Shown: one piece after another, positions 46,480-56,665 of the stretch | Layout: each line of letters begins with the position of its first letter | Numbering within the stretch: the first letter of the stretch is position 1 | Origin: Octopus sinensis | Lineage: Eukaryota | Assembly: GCF_006345805.1 (NCBI RefSeq) | Contig: NC_043001.1 | Coordinates: forward strand, 107,012,001-107,076,000 | Length of the DNA stretch: 64,000 nt | Direction: 5' to 3' | Position numbers and translations under genes: made by a program | Notes under the pieces: generated by a model | Databases searched by the model: none | What the model saw: the letters and a program-made list of their open reading frames with translations, nothing else | Told to the model about the DNA's origin: nothing

Positions 46480-47710
46480 GGGACTTGCTCAACAGCAGCA
46501 AATCTTGTCTGATTGGAGAATTGGAGAAGGGGAGTCAGTAAGAAGCCTTAAAAAAAATTGGTCTACTGCAGCAGCTGGTAATTTTATTACTCTCCATATT
46601 AGGAAAAACATTCTACATATTGATTTATTGAACAAAATTTGACGGAATATTGAGGCAATTCTGCAAGCAAGATTTCATTCCAGCTGCTCTTGCACTAAGC
46701 AAACTTATCACATTGCATAGAGTAAGCCCTGTCAGTGAACTCCATGAACTTCAAGAAGATTGCATCCATTGTGAAGCATTCTTGAAAATTATCCAAGCAC
46801 ACGGTCTCCAGCAACAGTACCTTAACATTAAGGTTCTGTACAAAAACTGTAGCTGTTGCTGCATCATGTGAAATACTGTAATGGCACCTTTAGTCTCATT
46901 ACTGGTGTCTCAAAGTTACAACTGCTAGCCCCTTCTGCTGGCTTGTTGCTTTTGTAAAGAAGAATGTAACCAATGAGAAGACTGCAGTGGAGGGAAATGG
47001 AAAGGCTTTTGGTGATATTACAGTTAGCAATAATATGAGCTGAGTTGCAAGAACTTTTAAGCTCAGAAGACAAACTGAAAAGATAAGCCTCTGAATTAGC
47101 TGTGCAAAAGACCAAAGTGATGTACATCAAAGGGACAAGCTAACCTTCCACCTGCATTGGACAGCAGCTTGTGGAAAATGTGGTTAATTCTGCCTTGGCA
47201 GTGTTATCAATATGAAGGCGTTGAAAGTGATTTGGTAAACAGAGGTGGCGAAACGGGCTCTATTTTAGGTTGTGCAGAAAATCTGGGCAACAGCAAGCAT
47301 TGATATACTGGCTATATAATGTAATAGTTTTGCCAACAGTTCTGTATGTTGTAAAAATTGCCAAAAAGCTTAGTACATTCCAACAACAATTTCTATGAAA
47401 GGTTTTCGCAAATCACTGAGTGATATAGAATTAGGAATGAAAATAAAGCCTTTAAGCAAATCCCAGCCTCTGAAAAACATGGTACTGTCTTGGTTTTACC
47501 TGGTAGGTCGATTTTGCACTTTTTAGCCACTCTGCATGAAAGACTACAATAACCTGGACATGAGAAGAAAGAGAATAGGATAAAAGGATTGACCAAAGAA
47601 TATCTGGTGCTGACCATTCCGGGAAGACTTCCAACTCATGTGCGAACCAGTTGGAGGAATCTTGCTACTTTATATGTCTTTCACACTATTGGCGGACTCT
47701 TTCGTTGGGG
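46480..47710 (+). mobile_element. Ancient RTE-clade LINE remnant (different, older family)
   Basis: DCIHCEAFLKIIQAHGLQQQYLNIKVLYKNCSC resembles RT 'DSIHRE.LW.IL..YG.P...I.IIK.LY'; also QKTKVM and a WRTL end. Confidence 0.62.
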
Positions 47711-48062
47711 TCCTCTTATATTGTAAGAATTATGGCACAGTGATGGAATGGCAGAAAGGGGAGTGCTGATAGTCGTTTCATCCCTTGATAATCTATATGT
47801 AAATCTTGGGTCAGTGTCGATTCACCTGAATGTAATTGTATTGTACAGATTTCTCCCCTTCTCTCAATGTCAGAAATCATGAAGCTAGGAGAGAGCAAAG
47901 TTAATAAATTTCTAGGTAAAATGTCTTGCAAATATTTATCTTTGTTTACATAAAATTCCTGTTGTGATTAATTGCCTTTTATTTTAATATTGATTTTAAG
48001 TCAAGTCAAGTGCTGAGGTTGATTTAATGATTGTGTTGTACCTGCAAATTTATGGTTATACA

Positions 48063-48808
48063 CCTATGTTACATAGGGACAGGTATGGGTTTGTGGTAAG
48101 AAGCTTGCTTCCTCCCAACCTCATGGTTTCGGGTTCAGTCCCATTGCGTGACACTCTTACTATAACTGCAGGCCGACCAAAGCCTTGTGAGTGGATTTAC
48201 TTGACTTGTAACCGAAAGAAGCCCGTCGTAATATAGTCATCACCATCATCCTCATTTAACGTCCGTTTTCCATGCTGGTGTGGGTTTGACTGGAACTGGT
48301 AAACCAGAGAGCTGTACCAGAGACTTGGCTTGGTTTCCGCCCCTGAATGCACTTCCTAACGCATCCCAGTGCAAGAGTGTAGTGGTGCTTTTTACGTGCC
48401 ACCGGTACGGGCCACGACTATGAATTCACTTGGTTTGACGAGTCTTCTCAAGCACAACAAATCGCCAAAGGTCTCCATCACTTGTCATCGTCCCCGTGAG
48501 ACCCAACATTCGATGATCATGTTTCACCACCTCATCCCATGTCTTCCTGGGTCTACTTCTTCAACAGGTTCCCTCCACATTTATATATTATATAATGTGT
48601 GTATCTTCGTGTCTCTGTTTGTCCCCCACTACCGCTTGGCAAACGGTGTTGGTGTGTTTACGTCCCCGTAACTTAGGTCGGCAAACGAGGGATAAAATAA
48701 GTACCAGGCTTTAAAAACATACTGAGGTCGATTTTTACGATTAAAAATTGTTCAAGGTGGTACTCCAGCATGGTCGCAGTCTAATGACTGAAACAAGTAA
48801 AGGATAAA
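48063..48808 (+). mobile_element. SINE family A split by an RTE 3' fragment (-, about 48238-48580)
   Basis: SINE head at 48063-48235, tail at 48590-48808; the insert begins with (CAT)n. Confidence 0.8.
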
Positions 48809-48995
48809 GATGCAAATTCATTGATGAGAATTGCGTCTCTCTGGTCTTGTTAACGAGAACTGCATATTTTGGCAAATTATGAAAGCTAAATCTGTCTCAA
48901 CTCTCCTCTATTTTCTTCTAAATAACCTTTTAAGTTCAAACTTAACACTGACTTCATTCATTTGAACCTTATATTAAATTCACCATTCTCCAATC

Positions 48996-49188
48996 TAGCG
49001 GTTCTCAACCGCGGTTTCCAAGGCTGCATGCGGCCCTCAAGTATCTTTCCGGCGACCCCTGACTGTCTTCTTTCTATATTTAATAAAATTTTCTTTAATT
49101 GACTTGTGTTTTACTTTTTCTGGTGCGCTCCCATCCTGCGCGTGCAAAAAGAAAATCCCGGATATTAAAAAAAGGTTGAGAACCCCTG
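48996..49188. mobile_element. hAT-type MITE
   Basis: TIR TAGCGGTTCTCAACC / GGTTGAGAACCCCTG; 8-bp TSD CTCCAATC/CTCTAATC (7/8). Confidence 0.82.
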
Positions 49189-49594
49189 CTCTAATCTCAC
49201 GAAGGTCCTCCTCACCATTTCCTTCCCTGTTTCTACGAGGAGAAATATTTTTTCCTACCAAACAACCTCTTCAGCAAATGCCACACTCTGGGTTGTAATC
49301 CTGTTTCAGAGCTGAGGCACCCGCTACTCTGAATAAAGCTATAAATGATGAGTCAAAGAGGGAGCCTTTATGCTGTCAGCAGACCGACCTGCTAGAAATG
49401 GCAGCCAAATCTCCACCATCTAAAGAAAGGAGATACACATTGGATAGTGTAGTTCCTGACAGAGAAAAAGATGGGATGGTCACAGTTTGATTGCATTTAT
49501 TTATCTTTATTGACTTGAGGGAAAACAACAACCTATACATTAACAGAAATGTGGACATTACTCACAGTCCTCTGACAATTTGCAAGACGGTATT

Positions 49595-49905
49595 GCACAA
49601 CTATAAGTACCAGTTACGCACTGGGGTCGATATAATCGACTTAATCCGTTTGTCCTCTCTGTGTTTAGCCCCTTGTGGGTAGTAAAGAAATAGGTATTGC
49701 ACAGCTATTGTATAAGTTTACTCTTTTATTTAAATCATTCATTTGACCATGCTGGAGCACCGCTTTTAGTCGAACAAATCGATCCCAGGACTTATACTTT
49801 GTAAGCCTAGTGCTTATTCTATCGGCCTCTTTTGACGAACTGCTAAGTTACGTGGACGTAAACACACCAGCATCGGTTGTCAAGCAATGGTGGGGAACGA
49901 ACACA
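49595..49905. mobile_element. Tail-to-tail SINE 3' halves (family B +, family A -)
   Basis: AAGTACCAGTTACGCACTGGGGTCGAT...AAAGAAATA, then CATTTGACCATGCTGGAGCACCGC...GCATCGGTTGTCAAGC. Confidence 0.72.
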
Positions 49906-50349
49906 GACACAGTGTACAGGTTGGCATTGATGGTTTCGAACTCGTGGTAAATTAATGGTTCCGAACTCTCATAACTCCACTAGACACAGAGTATCACCTA
50001 GTGTTCAAAGCGCTCATGTTTGGAGACAGGTTCATGAAGCTGACCATTGAATAGCCACTGTCTATTTGCGTTACGATTGCGGAAAAAATATCTCCCTCGG
50101 CTTATTACTTGCTTTGATTCATGGTTGACGACCTACGCTGGTAATATATTTCAAAATTTTTGAGTCAGCACAATATTTAGGTCAAAAGAAGATATTGGTG
50201 ATGTGCCATTTACATATAGAACAGAATAAAATAAATTTGAATTCGTGGGTGTGTCATAAATATAACGGTTGTGTTAGAATGGGACCTTGGGGAAATACCA
50301 ATGCACAGAGATTGGTCAGATGTTTTATTATTAAACCCAATAGATTGAG

Positions 50350-50727
50350 TATAATGGCCAGAAGCTTGCTTCCCAACATGGTTCCAGGTTCAGTCCCACT
50401 ACATGGCATCTTGGGCAAATATCTTCTATTATAGCCTGGGACCGACGAAAGCTTCATGAGTGGACTTGGTAGACGGAAACTGAAAGAAGCCCGTCGTATA
50501 TATGTGTGTGTGTGTGTGTGTGCTTTTTGTGTCTGTGTTTGTACCCTACCATTACTTGTCAACCGGTGTTGGTGTTTATGTCCCCGTAACATAGCCAATC
50601 GGCAAAAGAGACCGTTAGAATAAGTACGAAACTAGAAAAAAAAATTGAGATTGAAGTCGTTCGACTAAAAAGTCGCTCAAGGCAGTACCCCAGCATGGCC
50701 GCAGTCTAATGACTGAAACAAGTAACA
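50350..50727 (+). mobile_element. SINE family A
   Basis: Family head and tail motifs. Confidence 0.85.
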
Positions 50728-51612
50728 GATGTTTGTGTGACAACTGTGGAAAATTTGCATTTTTATTTCAATTCTTATAGTCATGCAATTTCGGGAGGAG
50801 AATATCACCATGAAGAGGCAGGAAAGCTTCTGAAAGGTTCATGAATATTGCAGATTGAGGAATTGCCTTGCAATCAGATGACTCCAGACTTGAAGCAGCA
50901 CTTTGAGCAAGAGTCTTGTGACACAGCCTCGGGACAACTCGGTGCGATAAATGAAATAAGAATAGAATTTAGTTTTGTTTTGAGTTATCTCCCATTAAGT
51001 TAAGGTCAGATTTCCCTCTTGCCTCGCAAAATCAATATATGTGGTGCTCCTTTGGCATGAGACTACTTTAGGTTATTTTTAAAATTATTTTCTACATACT
51101 TAACATTGTAAATGTATTTTTTCAAAATTCTTCTTATTTTGATTTTAAGAAAACCATATAATAATTAAAATAAGCGCGTAGATCACCCATCAAAGTAAAT
51201 TTGCTCACGTAGATCCCACGGAAGGTAGCATAAACACAAAGTAAACTAAAAAGTAACCTAAAGTAATCTCCCTTTAAATTGTAGATCACACGGTAAAGTG
51301 GCACGTTTCTTTTTCTTTAAGAAATCGTGAATTTAGTGCTGCTTTCTTGTAAAAATGCAACTGCTTTCGTCTCATAGCTGATCACATTGTAAAAATCTTT
51401 AGCCAACACCTTACGGGTTTTTAGAAACTGAAAAGTAAACTAAAGTTATCTCCCTTGTAGATCACACGCCAAAAGAGTACCAAATATGTATCAGTCATAT
51501 AATTCGGTCGGTATAATAAAATAAAACGCAGTGTTCCAGTATAATTGCAATCCAATGTTTAAAATCAGAACCTTCTCCATCAATAAAAGAATCGTTTCAT
51601 GTGAAAGTATAT

Positions 51613-51826
51613 ATTTCTTTACTACCCACAAGGGGCTAAACATAGAGGGGACAAACGGATTAAGTCGATTACATCGACCCCAGTGCGTAACTGGTACTTA
51701 ATTTATCAACCCCGAAAGGATAAAAGGCAAAGTCGACCTCGGCGGAATTTGAACTCGGAACGTAACGACAGACGAAATACTGCTACGAATTTCGCCCGGC
51801 GTGCTAACGTTTCTACCAGTTCGCCG
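51613..51826 (-). mobile_element. SINE family B, well preserved
   Basis: Minus strand GCGGCGAACTGGTAGAAACGTTAGC...GAGTTCAAATTCCGCCGAGGTCGACTTTGCCTTTTATCCTTTCGGGG. Confidence 0.88.
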
Positions 51827-51956
51827 CATATTCATGTGAAAATATAAAAAGGAAACAGCTGAAAGCACCGCATTCAGTTATAAAGCTTTCAAATGTAACC
51901 TTTCATACGTGGAGTTATCTGTTATACTTGCTGAAGGTTTTGTTTCTAGAGATTGC

Positions 51957-51959
<3 letters not shown>

Positions 51960-52015
<56 letters not shown>

Positions 52016-52150
52016 CGCACATGCACACATACACAGACACGCTCATACACACACAGATAGGTAGATAGAGAGAGAGTGAGAGAGAGAGAGAGAAAGTGAG
52101 AGATAGTGAAGGAGAGAAAGAGAGGGAGTGGGTGAGAGAGAGAGAAAGAG
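51960..52150. repeat. (CA)n/(GA)n compound microsatellite
   Basis: Direct reading. Confidence 0.9.
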
Positions 52151-52954
52151 AGAAACAAATTCAAGCATGCATGAACATACATATATTCACGTACACACAG
52201 ACACACTCAGAGTCGTATTGAGAGTCATATTTATGGACAAGCATACTTACATATACCTAGATAGAAGCTTATGTTGTTGGCATCTTTTTTGTCTTGGGAG
52301 ACAATGGAGCTGCGCATAAAATAATCTAATCTGGCTTTTACATTTCGTGTCCATCTGCTGTGGCTGTGTACTCCTATCCTGGACAAACACTCCCTCTGGC
52401 AGGTGCCGTAGATAGAAGCTTATGTAGACAGCAAAAAGACATTCCTCGTTACACAAGTGCACACATTCATACTTAAACAATACCAACAGGACAGTAAAGA
52501 GAGAGAGGGAGGGGGAGAAGAGAGAGATGTGTATTTCTCAACAGTGAAAGTATTATCTTGAGAACTGAACAAAGAGAGTACATAATTGTTTTGTAAGACG
52601 CAAGGGTGGGTAGATTGACGTTTTTAAACAGAGAAGAAATACAATTAGAAAGTTATACATAAATACACGCCCTGCAAGTAAGAAAATATCAATATCAGTA
52701 TCAGACACTGTAACCTGACCTGGAATTGCGATAGATTACATCACAACTCATCTAGAACTTTGAAGATTCAAGAACGGAAATTAGCAATTAAATATCTGAT
52801 TAACATGGGAGAAATTGTTCAGTGTGTCATATAGGTGTATCAGCTATCATCCATATCATTTGCACGTCTACAAGATATTATCTTCGCATTAGGCTTGACA
52901 TTGTTACTTAAACCATCCACGATGTTGTAAGCTGGAAGAACTTATACCTGTTTC

Positions 52955-53178
52955 TTTACTGCCCACAAGAGGCTACACACAGAGGGGACAAACAAGGACA
53001 GACAAACGGATTAAGTCGTTTATATCGACCCCAGTGCGTAACTGGTACTTATTTAATCGACCCCGAAAGGATGAAAGGCAAAGTTGACCTCGGCAGAATT
53101 TGAACTCAAAACGTAACGGCAGACGACATACCGGTAAGTAATTCGCCCGACGTGCTAACGATTTTGCCAGCTCGCCGC
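52955..53178 (-). mobile_element. SINE family B, well preserved
   Basis: Close homologue of 51613..51826. Confidence 0.88.
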
Positions 53179-53238
53179 TTTATACTGAAATGCACAACAG
53201 AACTGGAATATATCCAAACTTTTAAAAACGAAACATCA

Positions 53239-54619
53239 CTGATGGAAGATTCTAATAAAGACAGCAATCCGGTGCAAGCATAAAGAGCCATATATTGTAC
53301 TGTGAGTCAGAGAACAAAAGTCACGCATCGTTGTAGAGATCAGTTGCACAGCGTACGTGACTAATGTGAAACCTAGAGCTCCAATATCCAGACTATAAAT
53401 TTTCATTTGTGCCCATTATCATAGTTGTACCAGGCACTAACAACAGATATTTGCATAGAAATCTAAAAAAAAAAGCGGGTTTCTCCAAAAATGAATAAAA
53501 AAAACTGATTTGCATACTCCAAATAAAAACCAATTTGTGGTACATTTAAAACATTGCAGGGATTCTCCATTTGAGGACTCTGGTTGTGTACATACAATTA
53601 CGTATACATATGGAATGTGGTAACATAGTAGTGATTCCTTCTATTTCTCTGAAGATGATGGTGAAAGTGATTGTGGCTTGGACAGTTTCTGTGTCAGATG
53701 ATGAAGATACTAAAAACCAATTATGATGAGCAATATATTTCTGGAGACAGACGAGAAGTTTGGCATTCTAATCCTCTTACTCAAGTCAAGAAGGAGAGTC
53801 AAGAAGATGGCCACCCAATATTCAACAAAGTTATGAGCCAAGGAAGATTTCAACAGACTTTACAAGTATTGCTTTTTTAACGATACTAGTGATGATGAAT
53901 TGGAGTCCATAAGAGAAGTATTTGAAATATGGAATCAGAATTGCAAGATGGATATGTTCCAAGTTCATGCATGACAGTTGAACAATTAGTTCATTCAGAG
54001 GGCGCTGCCCATTCCGGTATATATTCCTTCAAAACTAGGGAATATGGAATTAGAATTTGGCCAATATGTGACAATGAAACATCTTATATCTGGAAAATGC
54101 GAATCTACACTAGAAAAGACCCAGTAAAAGGGAAGGAGACAAATCAAGTTTCAGAGTTGTTGAAGACCTAGAAAAAGAACTTGAAAATACTGGTCGCAGT
54201 ATATATACACTTCTTTGGTATTTTCAAATAATCTGATGGAAGATTCTAATAAAGACAGCAATCCGGTGCAAGCATAAAGAGCCATATATTGTACTGTGGG
54301 TCAGAGAACAAAAGTCACGCATCGTTGTAGAGATCAGTTGCACAGCGTACGTGACTAATGTGAAACCTAGAGCTCCAATATCCAGACTATAAATTTTCAT
54401 TTGTGCCCATTATCATAGTTGTACCAGGCACTAACAACAGATATTTGCATAGAAATCTAAAAAAAAAAGCGGGTTTCTCCAAAAATGAATAAAAAAAACT
54501 GACTTGCATACTCCAAATAAAAACCAATTTGTGGTACATTTAAAACATTGCAGGGATTCTCCATTTGAGGACTCTGGTTGTGTACATACAATTACGTATA
54601 CATATGGAATGTGGTAACA
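53239..54619 (+). repeat. 387-bp direct duplication (53239..53625 and 54233..54619) separated by a 608-bp insert
   Basis: I found two substitutions between the copies and no indels. Confidence 0.92.
53626..54233 (+). pseudogene. piggyBac transposase fragment, near-identical copy of 63361..63973
   Basis: IREVFEIWNQ...VPSSCMTVEQLV...GIRIWPICD; differs from the 63 kb copy by five 1-bp deletions and one substitution. Confidence 0.9.
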
Positions 54620-55664
54620 CACAGATACTTAAGTGAAGGTCACTTACACACGCTTGTGTACTAAGTGATATGCATAGGCCCTATATGAATGCAAGATTTT
54701 CTGTACACGCATATTAAGATATCCACAAACTTCAGGAGCTGCCTTGCCCTAAACAAACGAGTCTTGCCACCTTGTTAGTGACCGACTTAAATTGTGCAAA
54801 GGAAAACACTTAAATCCTGAAGTGGTAACACACAGATACTTAAGTGAAGGTCACTTACACACGCTTGTGTACTAAGTGATACGCATAGGCCCTATATAAA
54901 AGCAAGATTTTCTGTACACGCATATTAAGATATCCACAAACTTCAGGAGCTGCCTTGCCCTAAACAACGAGTCTTGCCACCTTGTTAGTGACCGACTTAA
55001 ATTGTGCAAGGAAAACACTTAAATCCTGAAGTGGTAACACACAGATACTTAAGTGAAGGTCACTTACACACGCTTGTGTACTAAGTGATATGCATAGGCC
55101 CTATATGAATGCAAGATTTTCTGTACACGCATATTAAGATATCCACAAACTTCAGGAGCTGCCTTGCCCTAAACAAACGAGTCTTGCCACCTTGTTAGTG
55201 ACCGACTTAAATTGTGCAAAGGAAAACACTTAAATCCTGAAGTGGTAACACACAGATACTTAAGTGAAGGTCACTTACACACGCTTGTGTACTAAGTGAT
55301 ATGCATAGGCCCTATATGAATGCAAGATTTTCTGTACACGCATATTAAGATATCCACAAACTTCAGGAGCTGCCTTGCCCTAAACAAACGAGTCTTGCAA
55401 CCTTGTTAGTGACCGACTTAAATTGTGCAAAGGAAAACACTTAAATCCTGAAGTGGTAACACACAGATACTTAAGTGAAGGTCACTTACACACGCTTGTG
55501 TACTAAGTGGTATGCATAGGCCCTATATGAATGCAAGATTTTCTGTACACGCATATTAAGATATCCACAAACTTCAGGAGCTGCCTTGCCCTAAACAAAC
55601 GAGTCTTGCCACCTTGTTAGTGACCGACTTAAATTGTGCAAAGGAAAACACCTAATCCTGAAGT
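54611..55664. repeat. Tandem array, 5 x about 211 bp
   Basis: Units start GTGGTAACACACAG at 54611, 54822, 55031, 55242 and 55453 (211, 209, 211, 211, about 210 bp); near-identical. Confidence 0.96.
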
Positions 55665-55689
55665 AAACAAACCTCACACCGCACACATT

Positions 55690-55733
<44 letters not shown>

Positions 55734-55737
55734 CCTC

Positions 55738-55789
<52 letters not shown>

Positions 55790-55795
55790 TCTAAA
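55690..55795. repeat. (TCTG)n/(TC)n/(TCTA)n microsatellite
   Basis: Direct reading. Confidence 0.9.
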
Positions 55796-56084
55796 AGTAG
55801 GAGCAACAGAGTGACTCAAGGGTCGAGAGTTTCGTGCTTTGGCACTTACCAAACCAGTTACAGATCGAAGATGTGGACTTAAATAATCAGTGGTAATAGT
55901 ATTGCTCACGATAGTTCTAGGATAAATTATACACTGAATGGACGAGGAGAAGGAGAGGCTTGTAAGGATTGGCTGGCGTAATGTGGGAGGAAGGAACAGC
56001 AACACAAGGATATTGACATAGAGATAGATAAAAAGAAGGATGTTGACCAAGCGGAAACTGATAGAATAACAGATGGAGGACTGA

Positions 56085-56085
56085 T

Positions 56086-56168
<83 letters not shown>

Positions 56169-56199
56169 CGCACGCACACACACACACACACACATATAT

Positions 56200-56232
<33 letters not shown>

Positions 56233-56235
56233 CAG
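56085..56235. repeat. (CA)n(GA)n microsatellite
   Basis: Direct reading. Confidence 0.92.
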
Positions 56236-56339
56236 GGAGGAGCGGTTTTGGGGAAATAGTCTGCCAATTATGTCGTTCAATAAGTAGAATATAAATGTTT
56301 AATTAAATAAAAATTTGTGCATATTTTCTCACATAGAAG

Positions 56340-56350
56340 CGAGTGTAGAG

Positions 56351-56383
<33 letters not shown>

Positions 56384-56665
56384 AATCCAAACGGGAAACA
56401 AAAAACAACAACATGGAACAATTACAGTATTATTATTAATAGGCGCTCAGGAAATGGAAGCAGGGAGGTATGACGTTTCGAGCGGAGCTCTTCGTCGGAA
56501 ACATAAAGAAGGAAGAGAGAGGAAAGAAAGATCCCAGAGCGGGCAACAGGGAAAGAGAAAAAAGACGACTGGTGTTTACGAGTTGCACATGGTGAAAGGC
56601 GGATGTTTACAATAACAAGAGCAAAGTGGGTTTTTAAAGGCAAAAGAGTGGAGACAAGGTTGGTA
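56340..56665 (-). mobile_element. Penelope-type 3' terminal element ending in (TA)n, same family as 11711..11890
   Basis: Minus strand ...TTTCCTGAGCGCC...TTGTTCCA...GTTTGGATTAA-(TA)n. Confidence 0.7.
56468..56502 (-). ncRNA. Minimal type I hammerhead ribozyme motif (one core substitution)
   Basis: Minus strand GTTT-CCGACGA-A-GAGC-TCC-GCTC-GAAA-C-GT-C-ATAC: stem II 4 bp, palindromic ACGT stem III, GUC site; U4 is C in this copy. Confidence 0.68.

Noticed and set aside
50770-50942. About 57-codon open frame on the minus strand / exon-like segment after a + strand acceptor
   Set aside because: All three + frames stop soon after the acceptor, the minus-strand peptide has no recognisable motif, and there are no partner exons.
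54611-55664. CRISPR array or ribozyme-containing satellite
   Set aside because: Units are full-length near-identical with no unique spacers, the context is eukaryotic with no cas genes, and I found no CUGANGA/GAAA hammerhead core on either strand of the unit.
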